64,000 nt of DNA from Azolla caroliniana (Eukaryota > Plantae > Polypodiophyta), in NCBI GenBank assembly GCA_043228905.1, contig JBHGNT010000017.1, positions 3,596,001-3,660,000 of the forward strand, read 5' to 3'. The notes under the pieces are model-generated. The model had not been told where the DNA came from. It did not search any database and was given only the letters and a program-made list of their open reading frames with translations. Numbering within the stretch: position 1 is the first letter of the stretch; the number at the start of each line of letters is the position of its first letter. Shown here one piece after another: positions 48,201-61,359 of the stretch. Both the position numbers and the translations under genes were made by a program.

Positions 48201-51093
48201 CTTCATCTTCTGATTGGACCTCCTCGGGCTCACTAGCTTCATCTTCCGGAATCGGGTCTTCGTCGGGAGTTGGAGTCGGTAGGGAGTACCATGATGCCAT
48301 CTCATCAAACTCGACATCTCGGCTTACTCAGACCTACTTAGTGTAGGGGTTGTAGCACGTATACCCCTCTTGCTCATGCAAGTAGTTGACTAGGATGCAC
48401 TTCTCCGACTTCGGATCCAGCTTCCTCCGCTTCTCATTCGGTACATGCACATATGCTATCTGAATATTCGAAGGTATCTCAAATTCGGCTTCTGCCCGAA
48501 ATACAACTCATGTGCTGACACCTTGTCACTGATCCGGTTTTGGATGTAGACGGTCGTCAGGACCGCCTCAGCCCAGTACAAATGGGCCATGCTCTTCTCC
48601 TCCAACATTGCCCTTGCTGCGTCGACAATCGATCGGTTCTTCCTTTCGGCCACACCGTTTTGCTTCGGCGTGTATCTGCAACTGATTTCTCTCTGAATTC
48701 TGTTCTGCTGCAGATAACTGTTGAATTGGTCGGAAAAGTATTCTTTTCCACCATTTGACCGCAAGCACTTGACCTTCCTCTCCGTTTCCCGTTCAACTAA
48801 GCTTTGTAAGTTCCAGAAACATTTGAAGACTTCGCTCTTCCGTTCGATGAGGTAGATCCACGTGTGTCGGCTGTAGTCTTCGATGAAGGAGACAAAGTAT
48901 TGACTCCCACCAAGACTAACGTTTTGTGTCGGTCCCCGTACATCCGAATGGATTAGGTCGAGCTTGTTACGGCTCCGGTTTCGTTTGGTGGGGAATGGAA
49001 GCCGATGTTGCTTCCCGAGTTGGCATGCTTCACAAATTTTGGCCTTCTGGCCACTGAATTTCGGCAATCCGAACACAACTTGTTTCAATTGTAGGTCTTG
49101 AAGCCTCTGGTAATTGACCGATCCGCTTGTGCCAGAGATTGATGTCCGATTCAATCTTCTATCCTTTGGCAAACATGGCAGTGCCTACGTCATTAGTGTT
49201 GAGGATGAACATCCTCCCTTCTTTGCGTCCTTGCACAATTATCCGGCCTTCTTCCTCGATGAAGCACTCGAGGTGCGTAAACCGTACCTGCATCCCCTGG
49301 TCAACGATTTGTCCAACCGACACCAGATTCTTTGTGATAGTCGGACCGTGTAGTACGCTCATCAACTTTCCCTTTTGTCCAACATGGCTTAAAGGGACTT
49401 CTCCGACATGCATAATCGGGTGAGGGGTGTCATCTCCGGTTTTGACAATCCCCGATTGTTCTTGCTTCTCCAAAAAAGAGAACCACACTTCATGGCTCGT
49501 CATGTGGTTGGACGCTCCGGAATCAACGTACCATAGTTCCTCCAATTTGGAAGTAGTTTTCTTCATCGAGTTAGCCTTGTGCTTCATCACGAAGGTTTTC
49601 CCGGTTTCGGATCCTTCGGATCCTTCCGCATAGTGCGAGCTTTGCTGGTTCTCCCGACCGATTTTGCCGCATCCAGATTTGTCTGAATCGGCGTGCTTCT
49701 TCCAGCATTCATTTTCCCTGTGGCCCTTTTTGCCACAGTACCAGCATTCCGTGTCGGCCTTTCCCTGCCGGTTCTCGGTGCCACTTTGACTCCCCCTGCT
49801 TGTGGAGGGTCCGAAACTATTGTCAGCACCACCTCTGTGCCTCCGGGCCTGCTCTTGTCGGTCTTCTCCATGGTGTGCCGACCCACCTCGTCCACCATGT
49901 CCATGGGGCCGATCTGTCTTCGTGTACAAAATCCGACCGTCTGATTGAGTGGTCCTTGACCCACTCACGTGGTTTTCTTCGACCATCAACATCGATTGCA
50001 AGTCGAAGAAAGATGGTGGCTTCTCCCGGGTGCAGATCGCTGTTCGGATTGGCCCGTACCTTTGCGCTAGACCACCGAGGCAGATTTTGACCATCTCATC
50101 TTCGTCCACCATCACGTTGATGGACCCGAGCGCGTCACAAATCTCCTTTATCTTGGTAGTGTAGTCCGTAACCGACATGTCTCTTTGCTGGAATCTGTTG
50201 TTCAGCTCTTGCTGGAGCTGCAATTTACGGGCTGTGGTACTCGCGGCAAAAATCATCCTCAGATTTCCCCAGGCCTCCTTTGACGTCTTTGCATCCCTTA
50301 TGTAGCCGAGCATTTGATCGTGCACATAGGACATGAGGCAGTACAATACTCGGCTCGCTCCCTCCTCCCATACTGGGAAGTCATTGTGTGTCGGCTCCGG
50401 TGCTACCTGGTTCGTTCGTTCCACGGAGCTCCAATATCCATGCCCCAGCAGGTACTAGTGGATCTTGTATGACCAGGATGCGTAGTTGCTCCGGTCGAGC
50501 TTCTTTGTTGGAAGTGAACTCACCATTCCTCTGTCCATATCTTTCTCTGTCTGTCCTTACCAAGTATTAGGGCCTGTCTACAAAAGCAAGTGTCGGCTGT
50601 AGAGGTTCTCAGCCCTCACGCTCTGATACCATGTTGATGTTAACGTGCGGAAGCGTTAGATAGAACCGACTCAGCCGGATAGCAACAGAGAATAAGATGA
50701 AGGTTTAATGGAGAAGCTTAATACACAGAGAATACCCGTGGGAGAGATAGATAGATAGAGAGAGAGAGCAGAACATAAACTCTATTCAAAATAACACTAT
50801 GAAAACTCTCTATCTATATACAACGTGCTAAACAACACTATTTATACAAGTCCATAAAGGACTGACAGAAGTACTGATAGGTACTTCAATATTCCTACGT
50901 GCGATTGACACTAACTACGAGACAATGATTACCTAGTAGTCTAGGCTACTACTAGGCTTTCGGTTCCCACTCAAATCCGGCTCTCCGATCCGTCTCCCCA
51001 ATCCGGCCAGTTGTTTCCGGATACCAGTCGGATACCGATCCGGCTCAAGCGTCTTCAGCCGATCCGGATCTGATTGAGCTTGCTCGCTCAACA
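45243..51093 (-). mobile_element. Full-length degenerate Ty1/copia LTR retrotransposon nested in the LINE RT domain
   Basis: LTRs 45243-45696 and 50632-51093 (TG...CA). tRNA-iMet PBS TGGTATCAGAGC at 50631-50620, polypurine tract (PPT) at 45697-45708, TSD GCCCT/GCCCC. Domain order gag CCHC (CWYCGKKGHRENEC), protease DSGASNH, integrase, RT (LYVDD), RNase H. Several stops and frameshifts. Confidence 0.96.
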
Positions 51094-52690
51094 GCCCCGT
51101 TACCCTAACACCAACACCCTACTCAAGCTTCCTTTGTAAAGGGCCAACGTAGTGGATATCCATTTTGAGGGTAGTCCCAACTGCTCCATGACTTTGTCTA
51201 AAAAAGGCCACTGTACTTTGTCATATGCCTTCTTGAAGTCAAGCATGAGACATGCAATATGTTGATTGGTTTTCTTTGCTAAGGCAATCGCCTCCCAAAA
51301 AGTCAACACATTATCAATTATACATCTATTTTCCATGAATCCTATTTGTCCAACATTAATTAGCGCATGCAAGTGGGGTTTGACCCTCTTGGCCAGAATA
51401 TTAGCAAAAATCTTATAGATTGTGTTGACCAACCTAATCAGTCTCCATTGCCTCACATCCATTACTATACCATGTACCTTAGGAATTAGAAATATCAACC
51501 CCTCTTTAAAATGCTCAGGGAGGCACCCAACATCCCATGCCACATTTAGACCAGCAACAAGGTCAACCTTAATCACTTCCCAAACTTTTTCAAAAAAATC
51601 TTTTGATAATCCGTCGACGCCTTGACAAGACGTGTTACATATACTTGCCAAAGTGTCTGACACCTCCTCTTCCAAGAGAAGCCCTAACAACTTAACTTGT
51701 GCAACCTTTGAAATTCTTGGTTGCATTCCCTCCAATACAAATTCTGCCCGTGACGGTTGGTCTAGGAGACTATAACTATTTGAGAGTAGCCCACTATAGT
51801 GAGTTGTGACTTCCTCCATGATCTCCGATACATTCTCTGACAGTGAACCATCCTCCTTAATTAGCTTAGGATTGTCCCCATTCCTAAGCTCCACCAAGCT
51901 GCATATACCATTTGTTCTCGGTTTTTAAACTTAAAAAATTGTTGGTTCACCTTGTCCCCATTCCTGCTCCACCAAGCTGCTGAACTCCTAAATACCATCT
52001 TATTTCTAGACACAACCAACCATTGTAGCGTTTCTTTAGCTGCCTCCAGACCTGATCTCGACCATTGACACTTGGAATTTTTCTGAAGCATTCTTTGGGC
52101 ATCCGCTATCGCTCTTCTTAATCTCACCTCTCTTTCCTTAGACCTCACAATTCTATTTTTAGTCTCTTCATGCAAATACAACCAGCTAGGTTATTATCCA
52201 ATGCACCACAACCAGCTAGGTTATTTTCCCATATACTCCTTATCTTCCTTCCCACCTCCACATCCTCAAAAAGTTTACTGCGAATCCTCAAGTTGCAGTC
52301 CCTTTTTTTCCTCCTATGATTGACCAACGTAATCGTAACCGGCAGATGATTAGAGTAAACTGAACTTGCGATGATTTCAACATTGCTGCCATATTTTTCC
52401 AGTTCTGAGCTTATGCATATTCTGTCTATGTGAGACATACAAAAGCCATTTATGTTACAACCTACTCTTGAGAAGCATTGCGAGCTCCGAGGGTTTTTTA
52501 GTACATACCAAGCCTCTTTCACTCCCATTCTGCCCATCAACAAATCCCATGCAACTAACTCAGACCCCTGCACCACCGTATGCATGCCCCCCACCTTGTC
52601 CTCTATGTGCAAAGTCATGTTAAAATCCCCTACGAGGATCCACGCATTTGCAATCGGCAAGCCATCGACATTACAATCTTGACACAAAAG
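51094..52690 (-). mobile_element. L1-type LINE, 5' half (endonuclease C-terminal part and RT N-terminal part), 5'-truncated
   Basis: WILVGDFN, SHIDRI, SNHLPV endonuclease motifs; WRLIRLVNTIYKI and LDFKKAYDKV. Continues into 45242 once the copia is removed. Confidence 0.92.
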
Positions 52691-53191
52691 TTTGTTTTAA
52701 ATTGCTTCCATAACTCTTTAATGAATTTCGTGGATCTTATATTTGCTGGGATCCTTCCATGTCTCTATCTAGAGGCCAAATAAATATGCAAATGGGGTTT
52801 TAGTGCTAGAGAATCTAGCATTTGAATGGTGTTCTTGTCATATCATGCAACAATAAATCAGGTTCATTTTAATTGTGAGAAGAAGGATGTGAGGTGCCAT
52901 TATTGACAATTGTGTGCAAATCAAACCATAATAGGACACACTAGCCATTCAAGACTACAAATAAGATAATTTTCTCTTAGTTGCTCATACAAGCCTTGTC
53001 TATCTCCTCTAAATCTCGTAGTTAAATTGTTGATTGTGGAACTACCACTCAATGATACCCATGTGGATTGGTTCACCTTGCTCACCCCTTTGGAAGAACA
53101 AAACATCATGAATGATGCAAGTCTTACCATATTCCCATGATTGGTACTTGAATGTTTTTTGGTTAAGATCCAACTTCAATTTGTACACCTA

Positions 53192-53502
53192 AGTTGAGAA
53201 TCAAGCTCAACCTAGTCTAGTGTGTGAACACACCCTTGAGAGTGTGCACTCAAAGGTCAAAAGTCACCACTCTTATCCACGCATTAATTATGTGTCATAA
53301 CATCATATTCTATGACACATAACTAATGAGTTTTCATATTCCCCATGACCCATGAGCTTCGGTAGTTAATGAAGAGAGAGAGTGACTATATAAAGCACTC
53401 TCCTCCTACTTTGTAATAAGTTTGGTTAATCTCCTTTGTAATATACATCTTCTTGAGTATTCTATAGTCTCACAAAAATCTATCTATTGTTTCTCTCCTC
53501 TA

Positions 53503-53550
<48 letters not shown>

Positions 53551-56500
53551 ACATAACGCACATCTCTGACCTATGCCGCTACACAAGAATCATATCCGAT
53601 TCTTTACATGGCATCAGAGCGGTTTGATAGCTCCATCTAGCCCATCCGCGTGTGTTGAGCTCTACGTTGACGTTCAAGAAGAACCGGCTCATCGCTATCG
53701 TAGTGCGACTACATAGCTCATATTCAAGAGAGAAGAAGAAGGAAGAAATCTACATTGAACACCATGAATACTCAAATGGGGAGCGCTCTCCCTAGCGAGA
53801 AGTTGGACCGAAACAACTTCGCATCTTGGGAGTACAAGATGCACCAATACCTTGTCGGCCAAGGCTGTTGGGGTTACATCAAGGGAGCACAAGAAACCCG
53901 ACCCGACCCGGAAGACGCCGATTACTTAACATGGGAGCAAGCGGCGAGTTGAGTAATGTATTGCTTGGTGACATGTGTTCACGACCACATGCTCGGTTAC
54001 ATTCGAGAAACCAAGACGCCGAAGGAAGCGTGGGAAAATCTACGAAAGATTTTCACCGCCAACACAACCGCGAGGAAGCTTCAACTCTGCCAAGAGTTGA
54101 ACAACATCCAACAATGGGACATGTCCATCACAAGCTACACCTTGAGGATCAAGGAGCTTTGTGACTCGCTCGACTCAATAAGCGTCAATGTGGATAATGA
54201 TGAGATGGTGCAAATATGCCTCGGCGGCCTTGCACCACGGTTCGGCTCGATGAGAACCGTCGTACTAGGAAGGGAGAATCCTCCCTCTTTCTTCGATCTT
54301 AAATCTATGTTATTGGTCGAAGAGAATCATGTTTGAACAAGGAGCAACGCCTCGGAAGGCCACATGCTCTACACGCATTCGAATGGAGGACGAGGACGCG
54401 GCCGAGCAAGAGGCCGATTCGGCCAAGGACGAGGCGGCAGACGAGGTCCGACTTACGACAACAACTCCCAAATTCAGCAACAAGATGGAAGCCATCGAGG
54501 AACCTTCGGAAGAAGGGGGAGCTTCCATTCCAGTTTGAGTCGACAAAACTCAATCGAACGCGGTTATTGCGGAAAAATCGGCCACCATGAAGAAGAGTGT
54601 TGAAAGAAGAAGCGTGAGTTACCTTCCACAAGCCGACAACTCGCCAATTATGTCACCAACTCCGACTATGAAGATCATGGCAGAATGTTTGTAATGAGAC
54701 ATAGAGCAAATCCTATGTCGGCCTCTACTTCGACTAATGCCTCCAATCCGGAAGATGTATGGTTCGTCGACTCTGGTGCTTCGAACCATATGATGTCCCA
54801 TCAAGACTGGTTCAAAGACCTTCGAGAGCCGGATTGACCCGGTTATGTCGAGACCGGAGATGACATCACTCATCCGATTCGGCATGTCAGCAATGTCCCA
54901 TTCAAGAAAGAAGGTGAACAAACTTGCATAAAAAATGTCTTACATGTACCCACCATAACGAAGAATTTGGTCTCGGTTGGCCAAATTGTGGAGCAAGGGA
55001 TGCAAGTTCCATTCAACCAAGGAGGTTGCTTCATCGAGAAGGAAGGCCGACTAATTGCTCGTGGTCGAAGGGAAGGCCGAATGTTTATCCTCGAAGCAAA
55101 AGAGGTAAAATCGGCCATGTTTGCAAAGGGCCTCAAACACAACACCGACATAGAGCTATGGCATAAAAGAATCGGCCATATCAATCCCAACAAATTCAAG
55201 GCGATGCAATCAAAAGGAGTCGTCATTGAACTCCCGACCTTCAAAGAGAAAGAGATTGAAGGAGTATGTGATGCCTGCCAATTTGGCAAGGAACATCGAC
55301 ACTCGTTCCCGAAGGAGAGGAACGTGAACAAAGGCCTATTGGACGTAGTCCACTCGGATGTGTGGGGACCGGCACAGACAGCTACATTCGGAGGATGTCG
55401 GTACTATGTTACCTTCATCGATGACTTCTCTAGATACACATGGATCTTTCCCACGAGGATGAAGAGTGAAGTGTTTACACACTTCCAAAAATTCAAAAGC
55501 GAAGTCGAAAAGACAACTGGGCGTCATGTACGATGTCTTCGGTCAGATGGAGGAAAGGAATACTTCTCCGATGCGTTCACGACATACCTTCAACAAGAAG
55601 GAATTCGGCGAGAATTCACTTGCCGACACACACCATAATAGAACGGTGTAGTCGAATGCAAGAATCGGCACATCCTCGAAGTAGCAAGGGCCATGCTAAA
55701 TGAGAAGCATATGCCTAAGTCATATTGGGTAGAAGCTGCAAATACCGCCGTCTACCTCATGAACCAGTGCACAACATCCGGACTACACGAGGTCACCCCG
55801 CACGACAAATACTATGGGAAGAAGCCAGATCTATCCAATGTAAGGATATTCGGCTCCATTGCATACATGCACATTCATGATGAGAAGCGGCAGAAGCTTG
55901 ACCCAAAATCAGAGAAGTGCATCCTCGTGGGGTACTCACAGGAGCAAAAGGGGTACAAGTGCTTCAACCCCTCTACTCGGAAGACTTGTGTAAGTCGGGA
56001 TGTCGTCTTTGATGAATCGACATGATGGTACAAACCCGAACCGACTCCTCCCGAACCATCTATGAATGACCTTGACAACATAGAAGACGATGATCAACTA
56101 AGGTCAATACTCGAAGAGAGTCCGATCTCAACTAGATTGAGCGGACCACAAGAGCCTCCGAGCAACCAAAGCTCATCTCAGCCAAGTCCAAAGATGGACA
56201 AAGGGAAGGCCAAAATGCCAGAATATGAGGACGATCACTTCGATGGCAACGAATCGACTCATTCACTGGATAATGAGTTCGATGGCTTTGATGTGCCTCT
56301 TATGAGGTCACTTGGAGTTGAGAAAGCACTCAAATCGGGAAATGAGAAACTCCGTCACTCCATCCGAGAGAAGAATCTGGTTAGCCGATTCGGCTGTACA
56401 ACGACTATATGGCATACCACTATGCCTCTATGATGAAGGTGGCAGCAGTTTGAGAACCGGAGAGCTTTGCCGAACTCGCTAAAGATCCTCGATGGGTTGA

Positions 56501-58341
56501 AGTGATGAACGAGGAGATGCAAGCTCTTAGCAAGAATGAGACATGGGATCTCGTCCCTCACTCACCGCACAAGAAGGCAATCGGCTGCAGATGGATATAC
56601 AAAGTGAAGTATAATGCCGATGGTTCCGTCAACCGCTACAAAGCTCGACTCGTAGCAAAGGGCTACACACAAACACAAGGCGTCGACTATGAAGAGACCT
56701 TTGCACCGGTGGCAAAGATGACAACCGTGCGAACCGTGATAGTGCTTGCAACAACAAAAGGGTGGCACCTCCACCAAATGAATTAGAAGAGGAGGTGTAC
56801 ATGGTACAACCACCCGGCTTCGAATCCAACATTTATCCGAAAGCCATCTGCCGACTCAAGAAGCCTCTCTATGGCCTTAAGCAAGCACCACGTGCTTGAC
56901 ACTCAAAGATAACACAATATCTTCATCGAATCGGCTTCCGAATGTCAAAATCTGACAATTCTCTCTATGTAAGAAGCGATTCCGAAAGTCCGATCGTCAT
57001 CATCCTGTACGTGGATGATCTGGTCATTGGAGGTGAGCATCTAGTCGACATCAACAAGGTCAAATCCCTCCTTTCCAACAAATTCGAGATGACGGACATG
57101 AAAGAGCTCCACTACTTCCTTGGCATCGAGGTAATTCGGACTCCAGCCGGGATTATGATCTCCCAACGGCACTACATTCTCAACTTGTTATACAAGTTCG
57201 GGATAACTGAGTGCAAGTATGTGGCAACACCTCTCGATCAAAACCTCAAACTAGATGCCAATTCTGGCACCACAGAGTGTGAGTCGACTTAGTATCGACA
57301 ACTGATCGGTAGTCTTATCTACCTCACGATCACTCGACCAGACCTGAGCTATCCGGTCGGCCTTCTTAGCCAGTTCATGCAAACGCCATGAGATATCCAT
57401 TTAGATTGTGCTAAGAGAGTGCTACGATACGTGAGTGGAACGATGGACTATGGCATTCTCTATAAGTTGACCACGCCAATTCAACTCGAGGGGTACACAG
57501 ATGCCGACTAGGCAGGCTACAAAGCCGACCGACGATCAACCTCTGGTTTTGTCTTCTCCCTCGGAAGTGGAGCCATCTCCTGGAGTAGCAAGAAGCAACC
57601 AATTGTCGCTCTTTTGAGCACAGAGGCCGAATACAGGGGCGCGGCGGTGGTTGCATGTGAAGCCATATGGCTCAAGTGGATATTAAAGGATCTTGGCGTT
57701 CCCATCAAAGATCCAATTCTCCTTTACTGCGACAACATGAGCAGTATTTATCTGGCTCGGAACCCGGTGTTCCACGCACACACGAAGCATATCGAAGTGC
57801 ACTATCACTTCATTCGAGAGCGTGTTCAGGCTGGCGATGTCGACCTTCAACATATGTGTACGAATCTTTAGACAACCGACATCTTCACCAAAGCCCTAGG
57901 AGCCGACAAGCTTTGGCAATTCCTGTCAGACCTTGGGTTCACGGTCCTTGACTTGCCAAGCTTGAGGGGGAGTACGAGCCGAAGCGGACATCAACCGAAG
58001 TAGCCGACCAAAATTGAGCTTGAGGGGGCTTGTTGAGAATCAAGCTCAACCTAGTCTAGTGTGTGAACACACCCTTGAGAGTGTGCACTCAAAGGTCAAA
58101 AGTCACCACTCTTATCCACACATTAACTATGTGTCATAGAATCATATTCTATGACACATAACTAATGAGCTTTCACATTCCCCATGACCCATGAGCTTCG
58201 GTAGTTAATGAAGAGAGAGAGTGACTATATAAAGCACTCTCCTCCTACTTTGTAATAAGTTTGATTAATCTCCTTTGTAATATACATCTTCTTGAGTATT
58301 CTATTGTCTCACAAAAATCTATCTATTGTTTCTCTCCTCTA

Positions 58342-58376
<35 letters not shown>

Positions 58377-58431
58377 TAACGCACATCTCTGACCTATTCC
58401 GCTACACAAGAATCATACCCGATTCTTTACA
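53192..58431 (+). mobile_element. Full-length degenerate Ty1/copia LTR retrotransposon
   Basis: LTRs 53192-53608 and 58031-58431, each containing (CT)n(CA)n. PBS TGGCATCAGAGC at 53609-53620, PPT just before 58031, TSD ACCTA/ACCTT. gag-protease-integrase-RT-RNase H with stops, frameshifts and a small deletion in RT. Gag is clearly related to the 45.2-51.1 kb element. Confidence 0.96.
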
Positions 58432-58959
58432 ACCTTTATGTTCCAACTTCCCACTAATGTGTCTAGGTACCAATTGGGAAAGCAATATCGAGATCCATCA
58501 TCAAAAGAAACCTCTCAATAAACTTTGAAAGCATCGAGATATATGTCCACTATGTCCTATCGAGATTGTCATCTGGCATGAGTCACGATTACACCAAATA
58601 TACTTGGGCTTATTTCTTAAATGACAAATAAAAACACTTCAAGGATTTCTAAGGCTAGAAACTTGTGTTGCGAACTTTGAAGATTTCCGAAGTAATAACT
58701 AGGTTTCCTTGTATTGCTTATAACTTCTCAACCATACATTTGCTTCAATCTAAGTCTCATCATATCACTTGCAAGGGGGCCAAGTGTCCTTAAAGTACAT
58801 CTTTAATATGACTTCTATATAATGATTTCATTGTCATAGTGTCAGTTTTTTAGCATGATTTGGTTTTTTGATTGGATTGTCACAAAGAGGTGGAATATGT
58901 AGTTCACACAATCTCGGAGATTTTTTGACTTTGTTGAGGCAAGTATTCGGAATCAACTA

Positions 58960-59170
58960 TAGAGTATATCTATATCACTCAAACCATTTTAAAATTTTGG
59001 AACTTAAACCAAATCAAACACAAACCTTTAAACCAATACCGTTTAAATTGAAATTCTAAAACCAAATTCTTTGAGGGATTTTCAAGCTCAAACCAAATAG
59101 TTCACAAAATATACAAACTATTAGGCAATTAAGCCATGGATTTTTGGTTCGGTTTTAGCTTGAGCTGAAT
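58960..59170. mobile_element. Degraded MITE related (reverse complement) to the 5365-5684 element
   Basis: AACCATTTTAAAATTTTGGAACTTAAACC matches the reverse complement of ~5640-5670; ends with GGTTCGGTTTT. Confidence 0.45.
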
Positions 59171-59739
59171 TATTGGTGATTGTACATTAAAGTTTTCGAG
59201 AAGGGTTTTTTAAAGCAAAGTTAAAACTTTATAATATATACTATACATTACATAATTTATAAAGTTCATCAATATATTTAGTCAATATTTCAAAAATGAC
59301 CCCCCAACCATTACCCAATGAAGTTATTGATCAACCAATGTTATTGTTTCATGGTTTGTTTTCGCTCAAATTGATCAACCATAGTTGATTCCTAGCTCTA
59401 CTTATGGATGGTCATAAATATTGAATCGTAAGTTTTTTGTCACCTTGTACCTTTTTTTCCGTATATATCAATTCTATTGCCGATTTCTACACATATGTAT
59501 ATCTCCATTTCTCATTCACTTGTTGATCATTGTTTTGGCACAAAAACATGATTACTATCTCCCCCTTATTGTATTTGTCACCATAATGGTTGCCTTAAAC
59601 TTCATAAAACAATGTCCTAGGTATGTAGGAATGCAATTAACCGTAACCACCACTCTAGGGAAATAACCTGACAAATACAAAGATGATTGAAATTTAATCA
59701 CTCTTGATATTTGGATATTACTTGCTCCACAGTTTTGAG

Positions 59740-60581
59740 GCATATTCAAGAGCTTGTGTATCCAAGCATTGATTATTGGGCCAAGGGTAGGATAAAATGC
59801 ATAAATCGAAATGTTCTTATATCGATTACCCACAATTGTAGGTCCTATAAATTGGATTAAATTCAATGATGCCTCAAAGATTAGCTTACAACAAAAAAAT
59901 TGTCAATTTATTAATTTTATAAATGAGAATGTAAGAGCATATGAACAACTTGTATACACCTGGGAATTGATTCTAGAATCATGAAGTCCATCAAGAATCA
60001 AGACTAAACATTGATAATGGGAATATCAACAAGTGATTTACATATCATGATTAATATTAACTAAAAGTTTACATAAAACAAAGACTAAACGTCTAGAAAA
60101 CAAATATCATAGTGGATTATAGATCATTCGTATCAAGTAAAGTGCTTACCACATGTGCATCAATAGAAATCGAACATGTCAAAAACACGAATAATGATGA
60201 ACATTGAAGCAAGAAATTGTGTTATAAAAGCTTTGGATGATGTCTTGGTGGAGGTATTATCATAAGATGTAATGGGATATCAAATATAGACCTTGCAATT
60301 GAAAAGCTTGGAAGTTCCCCCAAGTAATTGTCCAGTTGTATGGAATGGAACCTACATGACAATAACCATTTACAAAGATTGACATAGTGTGTGTAACAAC
60401 GTATACATATTACAAACTACTTGATCTCAAAATAAAAACCATTTACAAGAACAAAATTTGTTTGAGAAATATTGATGGAGTATCAACGTAAAAGTATTGT
60501 TCAATGTGAAAGATATAAGATTGGTATGTTTGGTTTGTAAATGAGGACACTTTATGGCCACACATCAACAAAAGTGATGCG

Positions 60582-60612
<31 letters not shown>

Positions 60613-60871
60613 TGGTTTCTATCAACTTGTAATTAGAACCCATGGGAGATGTTGACTTCAAATAGCCAATCAATATGGTAGTATGGCAACAATTTTAGAT
60701 TTCCTGAAATAAAGATCCAAACACCAAGGTCACTAGAATCCATGTTTGGTGCCTGATGGATTTACATGGGACACTGAAATATACCCAATAGAGAACACTA
60801 TGGCCATGATGATGAACCTTGTTGTCAAAGCATGGTCAATGAGGTTCATATGGTCTTTTATCAAGTAATAC
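59740..60871 (-). pseudogene. NIP aquaporin pseudogene, tandem paralogue of the 37.7-40.1 kb gene
   Basis: Exon-2 remnant (HMNLIDHAL...FSIGYISVSHVNPS, ~60871-60635, interrupted). Exon-3 remnant 60351-60150 (202 nt instead of 195, frameshifted; VPFH..GQLLG...SIDAHV). Exon-5 remnant (ASLNLIQFIGPTIV...AWIHKL) has lost the second NP-R motif. No exon 4 recognised. Confidence 0.85.
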
Positions 60872-61359
60872 CTATAGAAATAGAATATATAAAGAAAAGG
60901 AGAAAGAAGGTCACAATTGCGTCTCAAATATATAACCTTAACCATCCAAGCTATGACCATTTAGTTAATCAATCTTCCTTGAAATCTTGAAATTAAACAA
61001 CTATAAAAAATGAAAGGTATTTATGATGTGAATTAGATGCAATGATCGAATGATTAATAACCGGAACTAAAGATGAAGAATGGGAAAATAAGTTATTGCC
61101 TATTTTCTTGAATTACCATGGTTTTTTTTCCCAATCTCTTCACGTGGCAACACTCACCTATATGTTTGGTACCCTCAGAGGGAACAACCACCATGGTGGC
61201 TGATAAATCCACTTTGCATTGCCATCCACCATCTACATCATCAGAGAACCTCTCCATTTCATAAGGAAACGAACTCTAGCTTGTTCACTCGTGTTTGAGG
61301 GCCCTTGAAGGCTTTGAAACTCTCCTTGTAACGTAGAAATAAGATTAAACCAGATCATG

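Noticed and set aside
45715-50570. Numerous plus-strand ORFs inside the copia (e.g. 46014-46559)
   Set aside because: Antisense frames of GC-rich gag-pol with no independent domain evidence.
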